Shown: one piece after another, positions 1 to 9,339 of the stretch | Layout of the letters: every line of letters starts with the position of its first letter | Numbering within the stretch: position 1 is the stretch's first letter | Program-made: the position numbers and the translations under genes | NCBI GenBank assembly: GCA_016177005.1 | Contig: JACOWC010000053.1 | Coordinates: 1-61,371 of the forward strand | Reading direction: 5' to 3' | Length of the DNA stretch: 61,371 nt | Source: Methylocystis sp. | Lineage (GTDB): Bacteria > Pseudomonadota > Alphaproteobacteria > Rhizobiales > Beijerinckiaceae | Notes under the pieces: model-generated | The model's database searches: none | The model's input: only the letters and a program-made list of their open reading frames with translations | Told to the model about the DNA's origin: nothing

Positions 1-202
1 GAGCAAGCAGCAGATCGTCGTCGAGCAGACCGGCAGCCCGATCGGCCGTCCCGAGCGTCAGCGCCGCACGCTTCTCGGCCTCGGCCTGACGCGCATCGGT
101 CGCCGCCGCGCGCTGGAAGATACGCCGGCCGTGCGCGGAATGATCGCCAAGGTGGCGCATCTCGTCAAAATCGTCGACGGCGAAACGAGCGACGGGAAGT
201 GA
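1..202 (+). CDS. rpmD: 50S ribosomal protein L30 (5' truncated by window)
   Basis: Manual translation, frame 2: [55 protein letters not shown]; TGA at 200-202; directly upstream of rplO. Confidence 0.95.
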   Translation, partial: SKQQIVVEQTGSPIGRPERQRRTLLGLGLTRIGRRRALEDTPAVRGMIAKVAHLVKIVDGETSDGK

Positions 203-212
203 GGACGCGGCC

Positions 213-689
213 ATGAAACTCAACGAACTTTCCGACAATGCCGGTGCAAGCAAGAACCGCATGCGCGTCGGCCGCGGCATCGGCTCCGGCAAGGGCAAGA
301 CCGGCGGCCGCGGCGTCAAGGGGCAAAAGGCGCGCACCGGCGTCGCGATCAAGGGCTTCGAGGGCGGCCAGATGCCGCTGCATCGCCGCCTGCCCAAGCG
401 CGGGTTCTACAACCCGTTCTCGGTCGACTACAACGAGGTCAATCTCGGGCGCATCCAGCAGGCGATCGACGCCGGCAAGCTCGACGCCAACGCGCCGGTG
501 ACGCGCGACGCGCTCCTTGCGGCGGGCGTCGTCACCAAGGCGCGCGACGGCGTGAAGATCCTTGGCCAGGGCGAATTGAAGGCGAAGCTCGCCTTCGAGG
601 TCGAAGCGGCCTCAAAGTCCGCGGTCGCCGCTATCGAAGGCGCGGGGGGCTCAGTGAAGCTTCTTGCCGGCGAGTCGACGGCGCAATAA
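213..689 (+). CDS. rplO: 50S ribosomal protein L15
   Basis: [17 protein letters not shown] and [17 protein letters not shown] signatures. Confidence 0.98.
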   Translation: MKLNELSDNAGASKNRMRVGRGIGSGKGKTGGRGVKGQKARTGVAIKGFEGGQMPLHRRLPKRGFYNPFSVDYNEVNLGRIQQAIDAGKLDANAPVTRDALLAAGVVTKARDGVKILGQGELKAKLAFEVEAASKSAVAAIEGAGGSVKLLAGESTAQ

Positions 690-845
690 GGCAATATGCG
701 CGGCCGCTCTCGCACGAGCGGCCGCGCCGTTTTATACCAAGCGCTCCGAACGGAGCGGGCGAGTCTCGCGCGAACCGCTTGTCCGAGCGCTCCGCCCAAC
801 AAAAAATGCGTCGCATCGACAGCGGCGCGACAGGGGAGTTCCTTC

Positions 846-2186
846 ATGGCATCGGCAGCCGAGCAGCTCGCGGCCAACGTCAATCTCTCCGCCTTCGGCA
901 AGTCCGAGGAATTGAAGAAGCGCATCTGGTTCACGCTGGGCGCGCTGATCGTCTATCGCCTCGGCACCTATGTGCCGCTGCCGGGCATCGATCCCGAAGC
1001 CTTCGCGAAAAGCTTCTTCGGCCAGTCGAAGGGCATGCTGGAGCTCTTCAACATGTTCGCGGGCGGCGCCGTGCAGCGCCGCGCGATCTTTGCGCTCAAC
1101 ATCATGCCGTATATCTCGGCGTCCATCATCATTCAGCTGCTGACGTCGGTCATTCCGACGCTTGAGACGCTAAAGAAAGAGGGCGAGCAGGGCCGCAAGG
1201 TCCTCAATCAATATACCCGCTACCTCACCGTCGCGCTCGCGACGTTTCAGGCCTACGCCATGGCGATCGGGCTCGAGGGCCAGCAGGGCGTCGTCACCGA
1301 TCCGGGCATTTTCTTTAGGATCACCACGGTCGTGACGCTGGTCGGCGGCACGATGTTCCTGATGTGGCTCGGCGAGCAGATCACGTCGCGCGGCATCGGC
1401 AATGGGTCGTCGCTGATCATCTTCGCCGGCATCGTCGCCGCCTTCCCGTCGGCGATCGTGTCGACCCTGGAGCTGGGACGCCAGGGCGCGATCTCGACCG
1501 CCCTGATCATCGCCGTGATCGTCATGTCCTTGGCCGTCGTCGCCTTCATCGTCTTCATGGAGCGCGCGCAGCGGCGCCTGCTGATCACCTATCCCAAACG
1601 CCAGCACGGCAATCGCGTGTATGAGGGACAGACGTCCTTCCTGCCGCTGAAGCTCAACACCTCCGGCGTCATTCCGCCGATCTTCGCGTCTTCGCTGCTG
1701 CTTCTGCCGACGACGGTCGCGAATTTCTACCAGTCGACCGGCAGCGAAAGCATCTTCGCGACGATCTCCGCCTATTTCGGCCACGGCCGGCCGCTGTATA
1801 TGCTCGCCTATGTTGGCTTGATCGTGTTCTTCGCCTTCTTCTATACCGCGATCGTGTTCAATCCGGCCGAGACGGCGGACAATCTCAAGAAGCACGGCGG
1901 CTTCCTGCCCGGCATTCGTCCCGGCGAGCGCACGGCGAAATTCATCGACGACGCGTTGATGCGCGTCACGGTGCTCGGCGCCGCTTATCTGGCGATCATC
2001 TGCCTCATCCCGGAAGGGCTCATCGCCTACGCCAACCTGCCGTTCTATTTCGGCGGCACGTCGCTCCTCATCGTCGTCAGCGTCACCATGGATACGGTGG
2101 CGCAGATTCACGGCCATATGCAGGCGCAGCAATATGAAGGGTTGATCCGCAAGACCAAGCTTCGTGGCGGAAAGCGCGCGCGATGA
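846..2186 (+). CDS. secY: Preprotein translocase SecY
   Basis: [11 protein letters not shown] start after GGGGAG; [30 protein letters not shown] motifs. Confidence 0.98.
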   Translation: MASAAEQLAANVNLSAFGKSEELKKRIWFTLGALIVYRLGTYVPLPGIDPEAFAKSFFGQSKGMLELFNMFAGGAVQRRAIFALNIMPYISASIIIQLLTSVIPTLETLKKEGEQGRKVLNQYTRYLTVALATFQAYAMAIGLEGQQGVVTDPGIFFRITTVVTLVGGTMFLMWLGEQITSRGIGNGSSLIIFAGIVAAFPSAIVSTLELGRQGAISTALIIAVIVMSLAVVAFIVFMERAQRRLLITYPKRQHGNRVYEGQTSFLPLKLNTSGVIPPIFASSLLLLPTTVANFYQSTGSESIFATISAYFGHGRPLYMLAYVGLIVFFAFFYTAIVFNPAETADNLKKHGGFLPGIRPGERTAKFIDDALMRVTVLGAAYLAIICLIPEGLIAYANLPFYFGGTSLLIVVSVTMDTVAQIHGHMQAQQYEGLIRKTKLRGGKRAR

Positions 2187-2779
2187 GGCTGGTGTTGCTC
2201 GGTCCGCCGGGGGCCGGCAAGGGAACGCAGGCGGCGCGTCTCGTCCAAAAGCACGGCGTGCCGCAGCTTTCGACGGGCGATATGCTGCGCGCCGCCGTCG
2301 CCGCGAAAACGCCGATCGGATTGAAGGCCAAGGAAATCATGGACGCCGGCGCCCTGGTGCCGGACGAGGTCGTGATCGGCTTGATCGACGAACGGCTCAA
2401 CGCGCCGGACTGCGCCAACGGCTTCATTCTCGACGGCTTCCCGCGCACGGTGGCGCAGGCCGAGGCGCTGCAAGAGCTGCTCGAACGCAGAGGCCTGTCG
2501 CTTGACGCCGTGCTCGAACTCGCCGTCGACGAAGGCGCGCTCGTCGACCGGATGCGCAATCGGGTGGACGAGACCCGCGCCGTCGGCGGGTCGGTGCGCG
2601 CCGACGACAATCCGGAAAGCTTCAAGACGCGGCTCGAGGCCTATCGCGCCCAGACCGCGCCCGTCTCAGCGCATTACGCGCGGCGGAGCGAACTGACCAA
2701 GATCGACGGCATGGCGCCGATCGACGAGGTGACGGCGGCGATCGATCTGGCCTTGAGCGCCGCAGCGGGTCGTGGCTAG
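2183..2779 (+). CDS. adk: Adenylate kinase
   Basis: [25 protein letters not shown]; short LID region. Confidence 0.97.
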   Translation: MRLVLLGPPGAGKGTQAARLVQKHGVPQLSTGDMLRAAVAAKTPIGLKAKEIMDAGALVPDEVVIGLIDERLNAPDCANGFILDGFPRTVAQAEALQELLERRGLSLDAVLELAVDEGALVDRMRNRVDETRAVGGSVRADDNPESFKTRLEAYRAQTAPVSAHYARRSELTKIDGMAPIDEVTAAIDLALSAAAGRG

Positions 2780-2842
2780 GGCAAGCTGCCTTTGGGCGCA
2801 ATCGCGGTTGCTCCAGTAATTTCATTATTTTCATAAAACCGC

Positions 2843-2871
2843 TTGACCCGTTGGCCATTCGCCCCTAAATA
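2843..2871 (+). promoter_or_regulatory. Probable sigma70 promoter of the rpsM-rpsK-rpoA-rplQ operon
   Basis: cTTGACC-N17-TAAATA after an AT-rich tract; resembles the alphaproteobacterial CTTGAC-N17-CTATAT consensus. Confidence 0.6.
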
Positions 2872-3030
2872 AACGGTCTTCACGTTGTTGGACAGGCGGC
2901 TCCGGCTCCCGGCTTGGGGGGCGGGGCCTGTTTTCGTATGAAAACGGTTCGCAACCGTTCGCATGGGCCGGGCTCCACCGGACGCGGACGCCATCCCGGA
3001 GCTTAAGGCTCCTCTCACATGGAGAGACAA

Positions 3031-3399
3031 GTGGCCCGTATTGCAGGCGTCAATATCCCCACCAACAAGCGCGTCGTCATCGCGCTCCAATATATCCACG
3101 GCATCGGCGCCAAGAAAGCGGCGGAGATTTGCGAGAAGGTGAGCATCCCGTCCGAGCGGCGCGTGGCCCAGCTCACCGACGCCGAAGTCCTGCAGATTCG
3201 CGAGACTATCGACCGCGACTATATGGTCGAGGGCGATCTGCGCCGCGAAGTCGCGATCAACATCAAGCGCCTGATGGACCTTGGCTGCTATCGCGGCCTG
3301 CGTCATCGCCGGCAGCTCCCCGTGCGCGGCCAGCGTACGCACACCAACGCCCGCACCCGCAAGGGCAAGGCGAAGCCGATAGCCGGCAAGAAGAAGTAA
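3031..3399 (+). CDS. rpsM: 30S ribosomal protein S13
   Basis: ARIAGVNIP...[27 protein letters not shown]; GTG start after GGAGAG. Confidence 0.98.
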   Translation: MARIAGVNIPTNKRVVIALQYIHGIGAKKAAEICEKVSIPSERRVAQLTDAEVLQIRETIDRDYMVEGDLRREVAINIKRLMDLGCYRGLRHRRQLPVRGQRTHTNARTRKGKAKPIAGKKK

Positions 3400-3402
3400 T
3401 TC

Positions 3403-3468
3403 CGGCAGTCGGCAGTCGGGCTTGGGCGGTCGGACCCCGATTGCCGACTGCCGACCTGTCGACTGCCC
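3403..3468. repeat. Inverted tandem heptamer hairpin (CGGCAGT)n...(ACTGCCG)n
   Basis: cggcagt cggcagt cgggctt gggcggt cgg ... cga ttgccga ctgccga cctgtcga ctgccc between rpsM and rpsK. Confidence 0.7.
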
Positions 3469-3525
3469 CATCAGGTGGAGCCGCTGGAATTACGGCGGCG
3501 TCGATATCGAAAGGCAAACTGAACC

Positions 3526-3915
3526 ATGGCCAAGGACACAACGCGCGTTCGTCGCCGCGAGCGCAAGAACATCGTTTCCGGCGTCGCGCATGTGAATTCG
3601 ACGTTCAACAACACCATGATCACCATCACCGACGCGCAGGGCAACACCGTGTCGTGGTCCTCTGCGGGGTCGATGGGGTTCAAGGGCTCACGCAAGTCGA
3701 CGCCCTACGCCGCGCAGATGGCCGCCGAAGACGCCGCCCGTAAGGCCGGCGAGCACGGCGTGCGCACGCTCGAAGTCGAAGTCTCCGGTCCGGGCTCTGG
3801 CCGCGAGTCGGCGCTGCGCGCGCTGCAGGCGGCGGGTTTCACCGTCACGTCGATCCGCGACGTGACGCCCATTCCCCACAATGGCTGCCGGCCGCGCAAG
3901 CGGCGTCGCGTCTGA
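3526..3915 (+). CDS. rpsK: 30S ribosomal protein S11
   Basis: [32 protein letters not shown]. Confidence 0.98.
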   Translation: MAKDTTRVRRRERKNIVSGVAHVNSTFNNTMITITDAQGNTVSWSSAGSMGFKGSRKSTPYAAQMAAEDAARKAGEHGVRTLEVEVSGPGSGRESALRALQAAGFTVTSIRDVTPIPHNGCRPRKRRRV

Positions 3916-4004
3916 GGTTACTCCAGATTGTCTGATCTGATTTCGCGCGGCGCGCGACGCATGCCCCGACGCCGCATTCAGGAGCTTCAAGGAAAGGCCT
4001 CCAC

Positions 4005-4978
4005 GTGAGCATCCAGAAGAACTGGCAGGAACTCATCAAGCCGAACAAGCTCGACGTCCGTTGGAGCGCGGCTTCGGCGTGACGCTCGGCAACGCCCTGC
4101 GCCGCATCCTGCTGTCGTCCTTGCAGGGCGCGGCGATCACGTCGATTCACATCGACGGCGTGCTGCATGAGTTTTCGTCGATTCCCGGCGTACGTGAGGA
4201 CGTCACCGACATCGTCCTCAACGTCAAGGACATCGCCATCAAATATCAGGGCGAGGGCGTGAAGCGCCTCACCTTGAAAAAGACAGGTCCCGGCGCAGTG
4301 ACGGCCGGCGACATCCAGGCGACGGGCGACGTGCAGATTCTCAATCCCGAACTCGTCATCTGCACGCTCGACGAGGGCGCCGAAATCCGCATCGAGTTCA
4401 CCGTCGCGACCGGCAAGGGCTATGTGGCCGCCGATCGCAACCGCGCCGAGGATGCGCCGATCGGCCTCATTCCGATCGACAGCCTCTATTCGCCGGTCAA
4501 GAAGGTCAGCTATCGCGTCGAGAACACCCGCGAGGGGCAGGAACTCGACAAGGACAAGCTGACGCTGACGGTCGAGACCAACGGCGCGATGAGCCCAGAA
4601 GACGCGCTCGCCTATTCGGCCCGCATTCTGCAGGACCAGCTCAACGTCTTCGTCAATTTCGAGGAGCCGCGCCGCGAGGAGGCCGCGCCGTCGATTCCGC
4701 AGCTCGCCTTCAATCCGGCGCTCTTAAAGAAGGTGGACGAGCTGGAGCTTTCCGTGCGTTCGGCGAACTGCTTAAAGAACGACAATATCGTCTACATCGG
4801 CGACCTAATTCAGAAGTCGGAAGCCGAAATGCTGCGCACGCCGAACTTCGGCCGCAAGTCCTTGAACGAGATCAAGGAGGTGCTGGCGCAGATGGGCCTG
4901 CATCTCGGCATGGAGGTGCCCGGCTGGCCGCCCGAGAACATCGACGATCTGGCGAAGAGATTCGAGGAGCATTATTGA
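4005..4978 (+). CDS. rpoA: RNA polymerase alpha subunit, with apparent frameshifting deletion at about 4058-4061
   Basis: GTG 4005 gives [18 protein letters not shown]; the rest ([15 protein letters not shown]...LSVRSANCL...[10 protein letters not shown]) starts in another frame at 4061. Confidence 0.95.
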
Positions 4979-5059
4979 GTGAGTAGTGAGATGGTGAGTA
5001 GTGAATAGTGCGTAGGAGACCAACTCACTACTCACTACCTTACTACCTCACTACTCACC
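4979..5059. repeat. Inverted tandem heptamer hairpin (GTGAGTA)n...(TACTCAC)n
   Basis: gtgagta gtgagatg gtgagta gtgaata gtgcgta ... actcact actcact acct tact acctcact actcac between rpoA and rplQ. Confidence 0.8.
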
Positions 5060-5112
5060 ATAATCGACGGCCGTTCCTTGGCACGGCGGCCGCATAATCA
5101 ACGGAGAGCCGC

Positions 5113-5526
5113 ATGTATCACGGTCACAAGAAGCGCCGTTTCGGGCGCACCCATGAGCACCGCAAGGCGATGTTCGCCAATATGGCGCAGGCGCTCATCA
5201 AGCATGAGCAGATCGTCACGACGCTGCCGAAAGCGAAGGATCTGCGTCCGGTCGTCGAAAAGCTGGTGACGCTCGGCAAGCGCGGCGATCTCCATGCGCG
5301 CCGGCAGGCGATCGCGCAGATCAAGGACGTGAAGCTCGTCGGCAAGCTCTTCGATGTGCTCGGACCGCGCTACAGGGACCGCAACGGCGGCTATACGCGC
5401 GTGCTGAAGGCGGGCTTCCGTTACGGCGACAACGCCCCGCTCGCCGTGATCGAATTCGTCGATCGCGACGTGGACGCCAAGGGCCAGGATTCAGGGCCTG
5501 TCGAGACCGAAGGAGAGGCGGCGTAA
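5113..5526 (+). CDS. rplQ: 50S ribosomal protein L17
   Basis: [31 protein letters not shown]. Confidence 0.98.
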   Translation: MYHGHKKRRFGRTHEHRKAMFANMAQALIKHEQIVTTLPKAKDLRPVVEKLVTLGKRGDLHARRQAIAQIKDVKLVGKLFDVLGPRYRDRNGGYTRVLKAGFRYGDNAPLAVIEFVDRDVDAKGQDSGPVETEGEAA

Positions 5527-5592
5527 AGTCGATGATCGCGTGCTGGACGAGCGGAACCGCGCTCGGCTGGCCGCAGGTTCTGTCGAGGCTCG

Positions 5593-5625
5593 AAGGGGCG
5601 GCGCCGAGGGCGGCCGCCCTTTTTG
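5593..5625 (+). terminator. Rho-independent terminator after rplQ
   Basis: AAGGGGCGGC-loop-GCCGCCC followed by TTTTT. Confidence 0.7.
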
Positions 5626-5859
5626 TCAAGCCGATGGCGCCCGTTATGTCGCGAAGCGAAGCCGTCCAGAGCCGCGGGGTGAAATCTTCGACGGATTCGC
5701 GTCGCTTCGTCGCTGCGCTCCGGCTCGGCAAGAGCTACACGCTGCGCGCCGCGCTCGAATGCGCGCCGGCGGATGCGCGCATCGCCCGTCGCGCCCGACG
5801 CGTCCGAGCCGCATTTCGCGCTAATATGCCGCCCGGCGATTCTCGACCGAGGACATAAA

Positions 5860-7341
5860 ATGCGATTTTCCTTGCGATATGTCGTTGTCGCGATCCTGTG
5901 CGCGTTCGCCGCGCCGCGCCCTGGTCCTTCGCCGGCGCTCGCGCAGGCGCCGCTCGCAACGTCCCCCGGAGCGGCCGGCCGCGTCGAGGGCTTTACGCTG
6001 CCTGGCCCGGATCGCGCCGTTCCGATAACGCGCGGCGAACTGATTTATTCCTTCGCGCCGATCGTTAAAAAGGCGCAGCCCGCCGTCGTCAATGTCTTCG
6101 CCTCGCGCGTCGAGCGCATGCCCGCCAATCCGCTGTTCGACGATCCGATCTTCCAGCGCTTTTTCGGAGAAGGCGGCGGCATGCCGGGGCGCAACATGGC
6201 GCAGTCGCTGGGTTCGGGCGTCATCGTCGATCAAAGCGGCCTGGTCGTCACCAATAATCACGTCATCGAAGGCATGACCGACGTGAAGGTGGCGCTCGCC
6301 GACAAACGCGAATTTTCCGCAAAAATCCTATTGCGCGATCCGCGCACCGATCTCGCGGTGCTGAAACTCGCGGACGGCGCCGATTTTCCGACGATGGAGC
6401 TGGGCGATTCCGACGCGCTCGAAGTCGGCGATCTGACGCTGGCGATCGGCAATCCGTTTGGCGTCGGCCAAACCGTGACGCAGGGCATCATTTCGGCGCT
6501 GGCGCGCACCCATGTCGGCATTTCCGACTACGGTTTCTTCATCCAGACCGACGCGGCGATCAATCCCGGCAACTCCGGCGGGCCGCTCGTCGATATGAAC
6601 GGGCGCGTCGTCGGCATCAATTCCGCGATCTTTTCCAAATCCGGCGGCTCGGTGGGCATCGGCTTCGCCATTCCCGCCAATATGGTCAAGAGCGTGATCG
6701 CCGCCGCGAAGGGCGGCGGCAAGCAGGTGAAGCGGGCCTGGATGGGCGCGACGCTGCAAACGCTTTCGCAGGAGATCGCCGACGGCCTTGGACTCGATCG
6801 TCCGACCGGCGCGCTTCTGGCTGACGTCGACCCCAAGGGGCCCTCGGCCGAAGCCGGCCTGAAGCGCGGCGACGTTATTGTCTCGGTTGACGGTCAAGCC
6901 GCCGACGATCCCGAGGCGGTCGGCTATCGGCTGGCGACCAAGCCGCTTGGCGGCCAGGCGGCGCTCGGCGTGCTGCGCGGCGGCAAAAAGATCACGACGC
7001 AAATCCGGCTCACGCCCGCGCCTGAAACGCCGCCGCGCGACGCGGTGAAGATCAAGGGCCCATCGCCTTTCGCCGGCGCGACGGTCGTCAATATTTCTCC
7101 TGCGGTCATCGAAGAAATGTCCATACAGGGAATGACCAATGGCGTCGTCGTTTCCGAGGTCGACGACGGCACTTACGCGCAACAGCTCAATCTCCAGCGC
7201 GGAGACGTCATTCTCGCGGTCAACGACCAAAAAATCGGAACGACGCGCGATTTGGCGAGCATAACGTTAGGACGCGCCTACTATTGGAAAATCACGCTGG
7301 CGCGAGGCGGTCAGGTGTTCACCACCGTGATCGGCGGCTGA
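5860..7341 (+). CDS. Do/DegQ-family (HtrA) periplasmic serine protease with two PDZ domains
   Basis: Signal peptide; TNNHV, DLAVL, QTDAAINPGNSGGPL. Confidence 0.95.
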   Translation: MRFSLRYVVVAILCAFAAPRPGPSPALAQAPLATSPGAAGRVEGFTLPGPDRAVPITRGELIYSFAPIVKKAQPAVVNVFASRVERMPANPLFDDPIFQRFFGEGGGMPGRNMAQSLGSGVIVDQSGLVVTNNHVIEGMTDVKVALADKREFSAKILLRDPRTDLAVLKLADGADFPTMELGDSDALEVGDLTLAIGNPFGVGQTVTQGIISALARTHVGISDYGFFIQTDAAINPGNSGGPLVDMNGRVVGINSAIFSKSGGSVGIGFAIPANMVKSVIAAAKGGGKQVKRAWMGATLQTLSQEIADGLGLDRPTGALLADVDPKGPSAEAGLKRGDVIVSVDGQAADDPEAVGYRLATKPLGGQAALGVLRGGKKITTQIRLTPAPETPPRDAVKIKGPSPFAGATVVNISPAVIEEMSIQGMTNGVVVSEVDDGTYAQQLNLQRGDVILAVNDQKIGTTRDLASITLGRAYYWKITLARGGQVFTTVIGG

Positions 7342-7347
7342 GCCGGC

Positions 7348-7665
7348 ATGAGCGCGCTTGCGATCATCGTCACCACCATCGACGACGAGGAAAAGGCGCG
7401 CGCGCTCGCCCGCGCGGCGCTCTCGGCAAAGCTCGCCGCCTGCGTTCAGATTCATCCCATTCGAAGCTGCTACGTCTGGAAGGACGAGATGCGCGAAGAG
7501 CCGGAGTTTCTGCTGCATATGAAAGCGCGGGGCGAGGACTGCCCGGCGCTCGCCGAACTGGTCCGACGCCTCCATAGCTACGAGACGCCGGAAATCCTGC
7601 GCGTCGACGTGGCCGAGGCGGACCCGGACTATCTCGCCTGGGCGATGGAGGCGACGCGCCGATAG
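7348..7665 (+). CDS. cutA: Divalent-cation tolerance protein CutA
   Basis: KLAACVQ, HSYETPEI. Confidence 0.9.
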   Translation: MSALAIIVTTIDDEEKARALARAALSAKLAACVQIHPIRSCYVWKDEMREEPEFLLHMKARGEDCPALAELVRRLHSYETPEILRVDVAEADPDYLAWAMEATRR

Positions 7666-7749
7666 GCCGGCGTCTTCCAAATCGCCAGTCGCGCGACTAC
7701 CTTCCTGCGCAGCGAGGCTGCGCGCCAAGCCAGCAACCTGGACGTTCCG

Positions 7750-8527
7750 ATGTCGACTCCTACGGACTATTTTGTTGATCGCCGAAGACTTCGCCGGAAA
7801 CTCGGCTGGTGGCGCCTTGCCGCCCTTCTCGCGTTGGGCGTCGCCGGCCTCGTCGCAGTGGTGCGGCTCGGCGGCGCCGACTCGGCCAACAAGCTCACGC
7901 CGCATATCGCCCGTCTCGAACTGCAGGGCCTGATCACCGGCGACGACGATACGGTCGATCTGATCAAACAAATTGGCGCTTCCAGCCAAGCCAAAGCTGT
8001 GCTGGTGGAAATCGAGAGCCCCGGCGGAACGACGACCGGCTCCGAGCGACTCTATGAGGAGCTGCGGCGCGTCGCCGAGAAGAAGCCCGTCGTCGCCGTG
8101 GTCGGCACGCTGGCCGCTTCGGGCGCCTATATCGCCGCGCTTGCGGCGGAACTCCTACGCCTGGTTCAAAGACCTCGTTAAGCAGCGGCGTGATCTCGAC
8201 GATGCGCAGCTTGAGAAAATTTCCGACGGCCGCATATTCACTGCGCGCCAGGGCGTGCCGCTTAAGCTCGTCGATCTTATCGGCGGTCAGCACGAGGCCA
8301 TCGACTGGCTTGTCGCCAACAAGGGCATTGCCAAAGACCTGCCGGTGCGGGAGTGGAAGAAGAAATCCAGTCTTGAGCGACTTGGGCTGGTCAGCGGCGC
8401 TGCCGGCCTCGCGCGGGTCGCCGGATTGGCGGCGATCGCCGGTATTTTAGAAAAAACAATCCTGCTCGAACGGGGCGTCGAGCTTGACGGCCTTTTGGCG
8501 ATTTGGCAGCATTCGGCCGCTAACTGA
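7750..8527 (+). pseudogene. sppA: Signal peptide peptidase SppA (S49), split by an apparent internal deletion at about 8150
   Basis: N-part IESPGG...AASGAYIAALAA; C-part SYAWFKDLV...DGRIFTARQ...LVDLIGG in another frame; the expected GSIGV middle segment is absent; sppA-ihfB synteny. Confidence 0.85.
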
Positions 8528-8575
8528 CTCGGGCGTCGCGAATGGTTTTTCGACGCCAAGCTATTGGATCGGCTC

Positions 8576-8866
8576 ATGATAAAGTCGGAACTTATTCAAC
8601 GCATCGCGCGGCGCAACGGCCATCTCTACCAGCGCGACGTCGAGACGATCGTCAGCACGATTCTTGACGAGATCACTTCGGCGCTGGCGCGGGGCGATCG
8701 CGTTGAATTGCGGGGCTTCGGCGCTTTTTCGGTGAAGAAGCGGGACGCGCGCACCGGCCGCAATCCGCGCACTGGCGCGCAGGTCTCGGTGCAGGAAAAG
8801 AGCGTGCCGTTCTTCAAGACCGGCAAAGAGATGCGCGAGCGCCTCAACGAGAACTATCAGGGCTGA
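8576..8866 (+). CDS. ihfB: Integration host factor beta
   Basis: MIKSELI...[10 protein letters not shown]...GRNPRTG...[14 protein letters not shown]. Confidence 0.96.
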   Translation: MIKSELIQRIARRNGHLYQRDVETIVSTILDEITSALARGDRVELRGFGAFSVKKRDARTGRNPRTGAQVSVQEKSVPFFKTGKEMRERLNENYQG

Positions 8867-8980
8867 GGCGATCTAAGGCGGCTGCGTCCTCTCGATCGCG
8901 GGACGCGCGGCAGTGGCGTGCGGCGGCTGTAGGTTGCGGCTGCCCAGCGTGTTGCGCGGGGCCGGCAAGAGGGAGGTTTT

Positions 8981-9322
8981 ATGAAGTCCATCCTGCGCGT
9001 CATCGTTTTCGTTCCGCTGGGGCTCGTCATTCTGTTTTTCGCCATGGCCAATCGCGGATCGGTGCGCATCGGCCTCGATCCCTTTGCGCCGAACGACGGG
9101 TCGGGTCCCTCTTTCGAGGCGCCGATCTTCCTCGTCGTGCTGGCGTCCATGGCGATTGGCGTGCTCGCGGGCGGAATCTCTTCCTGGCTCGGGCATCTGC
9201 CGGTGCGCCGCGCCGCCAAGGTCGCGCGCGCCGAGGCGCGCAAGACGCGCGTCGAAATCGAAAAGCTGCGCCAGCAGGCGCTGGCGAGCGTGCCGGCCGA
9301 CAAGCGGGTCAAGAGCGGTTGA
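8981..9322 (+). CDS. LapA-like (DUF1049) membrane protein
   Basis: FAMANRGSVRIGLDPF, two TM segments, follows ihfB; GGAGG RBS. Confidence 0.75.
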   Translation: MKSILRVIVFVPLGLVILFFAMANRGSVRIGLDPFAPNDGSGPSFEAPIFLVVLASMAIGVLAGGISSWLGHLPVRRAAKVARAEARKTRVEIEKLRQQALASVPADKRVKSG

Positions 9323-9339
9323 GCGGCTTCTCCGCGCTT

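Noticed and set aside
696-845. N-terminal extension of SecY
   Set aside because: The conserved start MASAAEQ at 846 has its own RBS.
4979-5059. CRISPR array
   Set aside because: 7-nt units with no spacers and no cas genes; no CRISPR array, tRNA or rRNA was seen anywhere in the window.
5078-5096. Sigma54 promoter (TTGGCACG)
   Set aside because: Lacks the TTGC -12 element and lies inside a ribosomal operon.
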